A stretch of DNA of 64,000 bases, taken from Takakia lepidozioides. Taxonomy: Eukaryota > Plantae > Bryophyta. The notes under the pieces are model-generated. The model was not told where the DNA came from and did no database searches. It was given only the letters and a program-made list of their open reading frames with translations. A program made the translations under genes and the position numbers. Below, piece after piece: positions 24,069 to 35,500 of this stretch. How positions within the stretch are numbered: the stretch's first letter is position 1; each line of letters opens with the position of its first letter. The stretch lies in contig CM060732.1 of NCBI GenBank assembly GCA_030704615.1, forward strand, positions 46,686,001-46,750,000, in the 5' to 3' direction.

Positions 24069-25816
24069 ATGAGTCTAGTGAAGGAGATGATACCTGAGCC
24101 GGAGCCGTTCGATTACATTGAGAAATGTAGCTCGGAAGGGCGAGAGAAACAGACGGTAATATCCGATTTGGATGGCACCCTGGTCAGAGGGCGGAGCTCA
24201 TTTCCCTATTTCATGCTGGTGGCATTCGAGGCCGGCGGCTTTTTGCGTTCTCTCCTCCTCCTCTTCTTCGCCCCCGTTGCTTGGGTCCTTTATCACTTCG
24301 TCTCAGAAGCTGCAGGAATCCAGGTGTTAATCTTTGTCACCTTTGCTGGTCTCAAAGTGCGTCAAATTGAGAGTGTAGCCCGCGCGGTTCTGCCAAAGTT
24401 CTACTGCGAGGATCTGCACCCAGAGACATGGCGTGTGTTTTCCTCCTTTGGGAAGCGCTATGTGCTGACTGCCAATCCCCGCATAATGGTCGAGACCTTT
24501 GCAAAGGAGTATCTGGGTGCCGATGCGGTACTTGGGTCCGAGATCGAGGTGACCAAGAGCGGGCGTGCCACAGGTTTCCTGAAAGCCCCCGGTGTCCTTG
24601 TGGGTGTGAAGAAAGAAAACTGTTTGAAAGCAACTTTCGGGGACGCTGCACCTGACGTTGGCCTAGGCGACCGCAAGACCGACTACCCCTTCATGGCTCT
24701 GTGCAAGGTGAGATCCAGTTCTGCCATCCTCCCGCATGCTTCATTAGCGGACGTAGAAAGACTTGATTGACGAGAAAGACTTAACTGTTCACTGTTCAAA
24801 AGAAAATTGTATCATCTCGGGCACGCAAACAAGCAGGCTAACAGAAAACTGCACCCTACAGAGTTCGCCCTCAAATAGCTACATCTGACCTGTGGAATAT
24901 TCTTGATTGATGCTTGCAGGAAGGCTATGTCGTGCCTGCCATCAAGGTAGAAGCTGTGCCAAAGGAGAAACTTCCAAAGCCGATCGTGTTCCACGACGGG
25001 CGTCTTGTGCAACGCCCTACTCCACTCAACGCTCTTCTCACCCTCGTCTGGATGCCTATTGGTTTCATTCTTTCCGTGTGTCGGATTGCTGCATCGTCTT
25101 TGCTCCCCATGTCCATGGTATACTACGCTTACACTGCCCTTGGAGTGCGTGTAAAGGTCAGGGGAACACCCCCAGCTGCAGTGAAGGATGGCAAAACGGG
25201 AGTCCTATTTATCTGCTCCCATCGGACCTTGTTGGACCCAATCTTCCTGTCGATTGCCCTTAGGCGACCCGTCTCAACAGTCACATACTCCATTTCACGT
25301 GTATCTGAGGTCCTTTCCCCAATCAAGACGGTTGCTCTGACTCGCAACAGAGAGCAAGATGCTGCCAACATCAGCAACCTTTTGAAAGAAGGAGACTTAG
25401 CCATCTGTCCAGAGGGAACAACATGCCGAGAGCCATTTCTCCTACGCTTCTCAGCTCTTTTCGCCGAGCTGACGGACAAGATCACCCCCGTGGCGATGCT
25501 CAATAGAATGTCCATGTTCCACGGCACGACTGCCACAGGGTGGAAGGGCATGGATCCTTTCTTCTTCTTCATGAACCCAAGTCCTGTCTACGAGGTTACA
25601 TTTTTGAACCAACTGCCTGTGGAACTTACATGTGCGGGTGGAAAGTCATCGGTTGAGGTAGCAAACTATATCCAAAGGGTTATTGCAGGGACACTGGGTT
25701 TCCAGTGCACAAACTTCACTCGCAGGGACAAGTACAGGGTTCTCGCTGGGAGTGAGGGTACCGTGCCCGCCAAGAGCAAGTCGCGATCTCCCGACAAGCA
25801 GCTTATCAGTAGCTAG
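24069..25816 (+). CDS. GPAT: Glycerol-3-phosphate sn-2 acyltransferase/phosphatase, GPAT4/6/8-like, 511 aa
   Basis: Exons 24069-24707 and 24920-25816 (phase-0 GT-AG intron). HAD motifs DLDGTL and GLGDRKTD are intact; acyltransferase motifs HRTLLD and [10 protein letters not shown]; [10 protein letters not shown]; DPFFFFMNP. Confidence 0.95.
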
Positions 25817-26479
25817 AACTTCGTGTTCCAGAACCTGGGCCATCATACTCTGCAACCCAACTCTGAAGGAGGCTGTTTTATCTTGCACAAATTTCGTGAT
25901 TGGGTGTTTACAGGATCGACTTGACTCGCTACTAAACTAGATTTTGGGCTGCGAGCTGCAGCCATTCATAGAATCCGAGTTTCTCAATTTTTGGGATTTC
26001 TTTCAAAGAGAGAGGGCCCCAACTTTAACACAGTCACAGAGCCAATGCTAGGCTGCGTTAATACTCAAAACTTCACTCTATTAACTCCATCTGAAACATT
26101 AATATGCAGTTTTAAGAACCCCAAAATTTAGAACTTAAATTGCACTTCCGCTTCTACTGTACATACAGTAAAAATTTGCGTACATGTTTCTCTTGAAGTT
26201 AGTAAAAAACGATACATTCAAGTTCATGAGTGAAAACTCCAGAAAGTGGATTTTGTAGAAGTCGAAATATAATATATTCCCCAAAGAGTTGCTGGGAATT
26301 TGTACTATGACTCCCCAGCAGAAGATAAAACGTTTTCCCAACTCTCATATGCAAGGCACATGCTACGACAGTCATTCATGAAAAGTTTAAATGTGTTACA
26401 AGTCATACGAGCCACGTCTGCACACTCTGATTTACTCCCACGCAACCTGCTTACGTCGATTTGCATCCCTGCGACCGAG

Positions 26480-27856
26480 CTACCCTCCTACTTTGGGCGA
26501 ATCTCGCACATGATTTTCCAATGCAGCCAGTTTAATCTGGTTCTGTTGTAGTGTCATCTCTAACTCTTGTAATCTCTTCTGTAGTGACAGCACTATCTCC
26601 TGCCAGTTTGTTCCTTCATCCGATGCAGGAGGCAGCGATATTGGCAAACCCGAGTCTGTGACATTCCCAGCACTCGGTACACCGGCGTCGGATTTCATCG
26701 GAAGACGAGGCAGACCGTCTGCGATATATCCAGCATTCTGTATTACCACGTCGATTTACTTCCCAGGTAAGCAACTCCATATCAAGATTATGTCGTAGGT
26801 AAGTCTTCTTGAAAGTACATTGGGTAGTATCCACTGACAACATCTGCAACTAGACAACGAAATCACTAGACAGAAAGTGAAATGAACTGAACTACATCGT
26901 TAACATAGATGGGCTAACATAAGGAAGGTCCTTTCGAGTTAGATTTGACGCCATCCTAGCCCCATCCCACGCTTCTGGGAGGTATATAGATAGATCTGGG
27001 TTTATACAGTTGTAAAGTTTTTGGGTTTTTCCCAGCTTTTTTCGAGCGGAATCCTGGAAGATGGCCTCAGCACTTTTTAACGATGACGGAGAGGCTGATC
27101 CCGGCCCAGAATTCGACCTTTGTGGATGCGAGACCAGCTCACGCTGGAAAGAGAAAAAATAAAAAGGAAAACTTATAACCAAACTGACGAGTGTTTGATT
27201 TGAGACAAGGTTTCTCCACATGCCCATGGAAGGAGAGTAGGGGAAAAATAGAAGTCACCATCTAACATGGTAAAGGCCCAGAGTACAGGGTAACAAAGGA
27301 AAATGGAATATTAACCAAAAAATGATTATGAACAACTTAGAGAAAGAACATATTATGCCCGCTATGTAACGTGATCTCGAGCGATCACATCGGAAAACCA
27401 AGTGTACCAAATTTCAAGCTGGTCGTGGCCCTCAATTTCGCTCGCACCTATTGTAGAGAAGGGGAATTGATTCTGTTCTCTGACCTGAGTATAGGTCTCT
27501 TTCTGATCAGCTCCAACGCTATGCTCTTCCCCATGATACACCTCGGTCGTGGAGTCAACGGAAGTCTCTTCTGTCATAGAAGAAGACCAAACATGTTCTA
27601 CTTCCTCCCCCGGCTTCGGGTGCCGGTGCCATGTTCTGGTGGGATCCCAATCATGCCTGTAATGTGTCGCCGGCCACAACTGGAGTGCGAGGAAGCTTGC
27701 ACAGATAATAACAGCTATGTAAGGTAACCCAGCCCAATGTCTTGGGCTGTCTTCTAAGCCTTCTGGTAATCCCACTACTCTAGTGGACCCTCCATTACTT
27801 CTCGTATGTCTCCGTGTGGTCTGTGAGCTTCCCCTTTGTGGATTGTAATCTGCCAT
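26480..27856 (-). pseudogene. Unknown gene, copy A (N-terminal TM anchor, C-terminal coiled coil); exon-1 donor disrupted
   Basis: ATG at 27856, MADYNPQ...LPYIAVIICASFLALQLWPATHYRH. A 15-nt segment (27353-27367) replaces the G of the GT donor seen in copy B and introduces TAG. Downstream ORF 26480-26749 has a heptad pattern. Confidence 0.55.
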
Positions 27857-28263
27857 GGCGTTCAAACTGTGGTTCGTGATCAGTACCGTCTCTCTTTTGG
27901 CCTTCTTCTCCCTCCGCCTGTGATTGCATCTAATTGTGAGCGTCTCTTTGTTTGTGAGTGAATATTCCTCTTCTCTCTGTGCACACTACATAATCATCTT
28001 TAGAAATGGCCCAAAATCATGGCTATCATCACCATCTCTTCTAAGTGGACCCAGTACATAACTCTCTTTCGTTCTTTCTTCTTTCTCTCGTTTGTTTGTG
28101 ACCTCCTGAGCAGTGCAAGAATGTACGTACAAGCGGCCACACTCGCCGGCACGCGTCAGCACAACAGACAAACGAGGCTGCCGGCCACCCAACTCACGAA
28201 ATGTCAAACTTTCCAACATAACAAACATCGATATATAATAATGTGGCCAAAGGACGTTGGCAC

Positions 28264-28975
28264 CAGTGTTGGATTGGTATCATGGTTTTATGAGATCGCT
28301 AGGGTAATGGTATTGGGGTACAGTTGAATTATTGAAACAGTATGGTACTGGTGTCAAATGATGTGTAAATTTGATAGCGTGGTATGGTATATGGTATGGT
28401 ATCAAAGTCAGACTGGCATGGTATTAAACAAATTTTTAAAAGTCATACCAGCCTGGTATGTGCCAGGGTCTGGTACCAGCGATAAAAATAAAATAAAAAT
28501 AAAAATAAAAAAGGGACTGAGGCCTTTTAAATCACATTAAGATTTCAACTATTCAAATGGCCCATTTCAATATTGAAAAATATCCCAAATGGCCCCTAAC
28601 TCTTCTCTACCACTCTTGAAGAGCAGAAACTAACATTGCATCTCGTCAAATCTGCCTCAAATCTCATTGAAGTGCCCTCTTGAAAATGCTCTATGTAGTT
28701 TGTATCCCTAATGAAAACTACCCTAAACCTTACCCCTGCATCCTGTCCCTCAACCGACGCATGCATGGTATTGGAGTGGTAGCGCGAGGAAGAAGACCCC
28801 GACTGGTCTGTTTTGCGCCAGGGTTTAGAAGTCCATATATCCTACCCCACCAGGGTATTGTTCCTGGGTATTGTTGGGTTTTGCCCTTGCAGGTACCCGC
28901 CTGGTATGATCTTTCATACCATTACCCATACCCTAGTTGATACCCGCCCAAGACGTATATACCGGTCCAACACTA
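28264..28975. mobile_element. Non-autonomous hAT element
   Basis: TIRs cagtgttggattggtat and tagtgttggaccggtat; exact 8-bp TSD GTTGGCAC (28256-28263, 28976-28983); the empty site is visible in the duplicated arm near 50660-50680. Confidence 0.92.
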
Positions 28976-29119
28976 GTTGGCACTAACTACCATCCTGGCA
29001 GGTTTTGGGTTCAAATCCCACCTAGTATTGTTATTACTAAACTTGGGCTTCTTGTTGCTCCCCACATATTCTCACTTGAGTCCCTTATAAAATGGGTGTA
29101 GAGTGTAGAGTAAGTATGG

Positions 29120-29358
29120 CGTTGTAACTGAATATAACAAACTCCGTTGGAGATGTAAGTAGTTTTGAGGGGGTTGGTATCCCCTCAGCTGGAAAGGCTG
29201 AGCACATCGTGAGCAGGAAAGTAAACAAGTGTGAACACAATCCACGGTTATAGGGATAATATGTTTGCAAACGGAAATACAGGTCATATGCAGACATAGG
29301 GTACCGCTACGTCAATAGGGTCAGTTACAAGGTATATGAGTATATTTTTGCTTAAAAT
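29120..29358 (-). mobile_element. Solo-LTR relic related to the copia LTR at 47417-47718
   Basis: The reverse complement shares accttgtaact.acccta, tttgcaaacatattatccctataacc, tgtgctcagccttt and ggggataccaaccccctcaaaa with 47425-47640. Confidence 0.8.
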
Positions 29359-29371
29359 CTTTTCCACCATT

Positions 29372-30317
29372 CATCGAGGAAAGGACCACCACCCTCAACC
29401 ATAGGTACTAGGTGAGCAATACTGCCACAATGGACCTGTAGATACCCCCTTAAGTCCCATCTCCCTTAAGTCCCATCTCACAGTGTTTTCCTGCAGAGAG
29501 TGAGCCTGGCCCTACCTGGCTTGGGCACCGAGCCTGAAGGTTCATGTGGTCCATTTGCCATCCAAGGTTCTCTTAATCCATCTGGCTTCAACGAAAGATC
29601 CACACATCCATGGGTGGGGACTTTCTAGAGGGGTCCCACTCACACACTAACTGGCCATCACAAAGCTGTAGACCGAATCTCTCCGACTGCAAGCAGTCAC
29701 AGAAACTTCAATGCACTATCCGTCACATGGACATCAACTGGCCATCACAAGTAGACCGAATCTGCTTCATGATGTTGTACTCAAACAATTCAAGAGACCA
29801 ATGTTCGTCCATGGGTGGGACTTGATCGAGATGGGTCCCCAGATGCATGGAAGATGAACAACAACAAATCAGTGAAATGCTCTTTCCTGAAAAGTTCCTA
29901 GTTCAAGTGGTGCACCCTCCGAATGAGATCTGTACTGTCTGACCAGTCCATGGATGTCATCACTTGAGCTTAAAGCCTTGATGACCGCTAGATACCTATC
30001 CACGTACTTTTGGACATGATTAGCTTAGTCTGACCAGTCAAAAAATTAGAGTTCCACTTTTCATGCACTTAACCGGAACACACAAGTAATCAGACACAAG
30101 GGCCTCCTAAATCTTTTCTAGCCAGGTGGCCATCCCAACCAGACCAAAGTTGGTCGCACCTCCTGTTCAATGAGGCAAAGCTAGCTCCAACGTGCCTCAT
30201 CGATGAAAATCTAAAAAGTTTTGAGGAGGTGAGTGGTGCACCATGCGACGTCTGCGCCACATGTGAATCCATAAATTGAGCAACTCATTGGTGAGAAGAG
30301 GCTTCACAAGATAGTCA
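29372..30317 (-). pseudogene. TOC1 pseudogene fragment (same orientation as 54980-56357, with deletions)
   Basis: Retains the 3' part of exon 3 ([25 protein letters not shown], 30317-30242), intron sequence and part of exon 5. Exon 4 is deleted; there is no receiver N-terminus or CCT domain. Confidence 0.9.
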
Positions 30318-32574
30318 CACAACAACAAAAAGCCTATTCATTTGAGAATCCTACATTTCATGTCAAAAGAGCATGCTTGTTTCCAAGTTTACTCCACATA
30401 TATGTGTACTTTCTGTCAATTGGATCGGGTCGATTAAACCTTGTGATGGATCGACAAAATTCATTTCTCAGGTTGAATCGACATTGTAGTGCAATACAGG
30501 TTAAAACGAAGTACTCTAATCATTTCACATGTTCTTTTCATTTCATTTGCTTTTCCATTTGCTTCAGTGAAGGGCTCTGGAGACGAAATTTAGAAAACCA
30601 TAATATGTGATAATAACAAGCCCCTAGCGCAAACCCAAACCTAGTCCATGAATCAATCCTTTGAACACATCCAGATTTGATGTCCATTTTGCTAGGTCCT
30701 CCTTCTCCCACAGTCTCATCTGAAAACGCTCAAAAAAATGTGTACAGACACTTTACACTGGTGAAAAAGGGATATGGACATTTAATAACCTTATGTAAGC
30801 CTTCACGGCCTCATTGGTGGTTATTTTTTCCACCTTCTGCAATGAATCTTCAATCTGGGGCACCAACCTCTTCATCAATTTTTTTTTTTCATAAAAATCT
30901 TGTACCCCAGAGCTGTGTACCTCGAGGAAATCAGGGCGTGTCTTTGAAGCATGACTAGCAAAGTTATATTCGATCACTCAAGGGAACGACCTCAGCTATT
31001 TACTCTGAAAACAATTCCACAAGAAATACTCTTCCGTTGAAGCTGAGGTTCTCGCTTGAGAGGTACGTTGTCTCTCTGATTTAGTTGCAATATAGTATGT
31101 TGCTGAACTGATTAAGTGCGTTGAAAACAATGTAGATCTTTATGCTCAGGTTATCTAAACCGTGCTGGCCATCTACTCTGATCGGTGAACGACTTTAAGG
31201 GATTTAACAATGGTCTGTTTATGCATGCCTTTGTGTGCGCTAGGGTAGTGTAGCATGCTCAAATTTCAATGGAGTTTCTGTCCTCGAGAGTTAAATTATA
31301 TACAAGACATATGCAAACACGTTGACATCGATATTGTTAGGGTTTTACATGTAGAGCAAATTCAACCAAATTCAACAAATTTGTCTTCCATTAACTCAAA
31401 TGTTAATCGTTTAAGTGACGTATGATCCATAGAAGGTACATCAAAATCAGGGGCCCGGAGGACTTCAATTTCTAAATACAGAAGAGAAGAAGATCAGAGG
31501 TGTGTGTGGGCATCTCGCACTTAAATTTCTTCTAAAGATCCAAATGCTGTTAAGATTAAATCAATGTCCTGTTTGATGTACATTTTGTATTTCATGGAAA
31601 AGCCCTGAGAGCAATCTCTGCAACCATGTGGCAGAGCTCATCTAGGATGATTACTCTGAATTCATAAGCTCTTCATTCCATGTGGAGATGTTCACAACCT
31701 GAAAGGGAACATTAGTCTCTCAAACATCTCGAATGTAATTTATGATCTCAGTATTCCATTATGCATCTATGTAGATCCGTGTTTCACTAATGCGCTCTCT
31801 ATGTAAATTCTTCTTCCTGTGCAGATTGACCCTTGACGTAGTCCCAGAAGTACGTTCAAGAGGCGTGACTTCTTGTATTCATGAGATGCGACTCTCCGAT
31901 CGCCATACCCTTTCGATTTTGTCATGTTCATTTCAACACCGATTGGTTACAACAATTGATCGAGCAACGATTGGTCACTGTAAATGTCTGGACCTCAGCC
32001 GTTCTGTTATAGATCGATCCATCACCTTGTCTCTTTCTCTTTTTTCCCTCTCATTTTCTCATGGTTCCAGTCAGGAGTGCTAATGTAGAAGTCCTTCTTC
32101 CTCCATTTCCATAGGTGTTAGGTTGTTTACATAATTAGTCTGGTTCTGTCACTCTACGCTCCCTTTGTAGTTTATTCTATACACCTTTCGGAAATTTAAT
32201 TGCTGATTCTATTGCACGAACTTTACAGAGTCATGTTTGCATTTCTAGACGCCTTTCTTAGTGGAATCCCTTTGTACTGAGATTCTAACTTGAAGCTATG
32301 CCTGCTTAAAGAGTACAAGGCCTGAAAAAATTGCAGGGCTCAGTACCTCTGATTCAGCGGTAAAAAGATTCCTCAAACATTCTCCAGATGTACATATTAC
32401 AAGTTTGACTTCTTAGATCTCTCAACCTTCGGACCTATCTCTGCAAACTGCGTTCTCCATCTAAACCCAATTATGAGTGCAATTTTCACTCAGATTGCTG
32501 ACCCGACAAACTTTCAAAGCCTAGTCTTAAGAAATCCGCTTGGTGAAAGCACGGTCAAGAAGCATTTATAAAGA

Positions 32575-35500
32575 ATGGGGAAAGGGGGGAGGAGAAGGGC
32601 GCAGAACCAAAATCCTAGACAAGCTGGGGGAACTCCTGGAGATGGAGGCCCCCCGAATCAGAGGCAACAAGGGGGTAGAGGGGGAGGCCCACAAAATCAG
32701 TCACCTCAGCGTCACCGGGCTGGCCCTCCACCATGGAACCCGGCAGGAAATGTAGACCGAACGCCGGCTCGCCCGCTTCCGGAAGTCGAAGAGGAGGACA
32801 ATGACAGCAACTGGATCACCGTTGGTAGGGGGCGGGGTCGGGGTCGGCAACTTGGGCAACCTCATGCTGTCGATGGAACTTATAACAACCCCCTAAATGA
32901 TCCTGCAGTGTTGGACAGTACTCTTGAGAGACCTGTCGGATGGGAAACACGAGAACAACGGATTAACGCAGAGCATCATCACGTCCATGGTGGGAATTTT
33001 GGTGGGGTTTCATCAACTCAATCACAAGGCGGATATAATAATCCTGCGAGGTTTGCTCGATCTGGTGGCCGGGGGGAAGGATCAGATTCGGGTAATCGGT
33101 CGGGTCAAGCAAACCAAAACAATGCCTGGCGTCGCCCTTCCGCCAATGTAGACCGTGAAGGCTTCTTCGATTCTGGCCGCTTTCAAAATCCTCAACCATC
33201 ACAATTACAAAGAGAAGAAGTTCGGCACCATCAAATCCATGGAGCAGAAACCTCTCGACAAAGGGCCCAGACAGGTTATATCTCTCATGCTCTCTCACTG
33301 GGGAGGATAAATCTGTGACTGCTTATGAGCTTTTCTTAGGGGATTAGGGTTAGGTTAGGGGATTATCCTAGGGAAACAGGGTCTAGATTTCTAGTATGAT
33401 AGAAACGGTCTGTTGTTTTAGTTTGTAGGGCTCCCCATTGCACATCCTCACTTGGACTAGGTTGCACACGGGTTCTCCCTAGAAAGGAGCTCTCTAGAAG
33501 AGCTTGCAAGGCATTTCATACCTCTCATTGACCACGTGTACTTTCGAAACAGTATTGGCTGGCTTCCGATGCTTAGATTACGTGTTGTAAAGTGACTCCG
33601 TTTGAAGCTTCGTAACCCCCTTCCAACGTCTTTCAGTTGAGAGTTTTCGTGAAAACGCTTAGTGATTCCTCCATGGATCTCTTTCCCGAGTGAACACTCT
33701 CTTAGTATTCTGCGACCTCATTTGGAGCTCCTTTATTTTAATCCGTCAAGTCTTTGCAGGCTTGCATCACGCTATAAATTCTACATGAACGTGTTTGAGC
33801 ATACAAAGTAAGTTCGAACATATGGAGCTGACTCGGAGCCCATAACTTGAAACCTTTGTAAAAATATTCTGAAATTTGGTGGGCTTGCGGACATGCCATC
33901 AATGAATCCTTCTGGAGTCCTGAGTGAACCCACTCATATCTCCTTATGCACCCTCGGAACTTCATTTCGAGAGAGGGAGTGTCCCAATTTAATCACGTGT
34001 GAGAATTATATGCAAGCTGCCTTGCCTAGTGATTCTATTAAGCTTCTTGGGGAATGAGGAACTACTCGGCCTGGATGTCATACTTGTTGTTGAAGCTGTA
34101 TATATGGAGCCCATACCTTTGTAAAAGTCTGTATAATATTCACAAGACAGCTGGCTTGCGGGCGCAAGCCATTGAATGTGCATGTGGGTCTTGAGCAGGA
34201 GTCAGAAAACTCCAGCTAAGTAGTACTCTTACTTTTCAAACATCAGTTGGAGCCCTTGCAGACCGAGCCTTTCCTGAAATCCTGCAGGCTCTGCAGGGCG
34301 TGCATGTGAGCCAGATACTCTATGCGTCCTTAGGCATAGAGTATCCTCTTGTTTGGGAATGAACATACTTCAATTCCATTCATGAACATCTTTCTCATGC
34401 ACTTCTTTGATTCCATCACTAATACTAACACACCTGACTCATCTTTTGCCCTTTCCTTCTATAGCCCCTTCACCTCGAGCCCAACCCGGTTACCGTACGA
34501 GGCCGACTGGACCTCTTCCGGCCCCTTCAAACCCACCCGGCTCCTCAGCCCCTGCGTTTCCATCGCAGCCTCCTAGCCCACCTCAAGAAGCATCCACTAG
34601 CCAAGGGAGCTCTGGTTGGCTACCCGATGGCATAACCAATGCCCTCTCCACCCTCACTGGGGGCATTGTGGACCCGTCCACTTCCAATATAGTCTATCGA
34701 ATCCCTCCCCGCCCTCCCAGAGCAGGCACCTTGGGAAAGGTACCAGAATACCATACCCCATACCACTAATCATGCTAGATATAAGATTTCACTAATTACC
34801 GCATCCACCTGCACACCAGAGGCATTCATAGCTTTGAGTCCTGAGCTCTGAAGGAAAGTGCAATTAGGCCTCATTTTTCAGCACAATGACTCAGATGGAT
34901 CAGTTGTCTAACATCTAGTAATCAATTGTCCATACCTTTGTTTCATGTGCATGCTTGCAGGTACTACATGTGAGGACAAACCATTTCAAGTGTATAGGAT
35001 TTAACTTTCCATTACTCCACCAGTACAAATTTGAAATAACACCCCTAGAGAGAGACTTGGTGAAGCGAAAAGCAATCAAGAAAGCATTTGAAGATGCACA
35101 CCTGCAGGGCCTGCTCAAGAATACACGTCTGGTCTACGATGGCCGTTCGGCGATATGCACAGCGACGCCCTTACCGCAAATGGAGATGTCTGTTAACTTC
35201 ACCTACATTGAAGGGTGAGGTCACTCCCCTTCCATCTCTCGCAAGTCTATGAGCATTTCAAATGATGTTATTTGTAAAGTCTAGCACATTGTGACTCAAC
35301 GGTGATGGTTCTGCGTACACAAACCGTGTTAATAGTTGGTGAACGCATAGTTGAATCGAGGCATCTCTTACTGCACATGATAATTTCTAACTGTCAATCA
35401 AACTTGTAAGCTTGCTCAAGTTTTTTTTTTTTTTTTTTTGGTTATACATCATGTAGCCAGAACCAACCACCAAGGAACTACGCGGTGAAAATCTCACAAA

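Larger units (their letters stand above)
26283..29090. repeat. Left arm of an inverted segmental duplication (partner about 50560-52550)
   Basis: The reverse complement aligns with 50560-52550. 27860-28245 looks identical by eye to its partner, while the distal parts carry indels. This arm has an extra hAT insertion. Confidence 0.95.

Noticed and set aside
24352-25572. Antisense and alternate-frame ORFs over GPAT (likewise over the P450, AGO and TOC1)
   Set aside because: They are shadow ORFs of real coding exons with no recognisable motifs.
33337-33361. Interstitial telomeric repeat
   Set aside because: Only about four imperfect TTAGG(G) units; too short to support.
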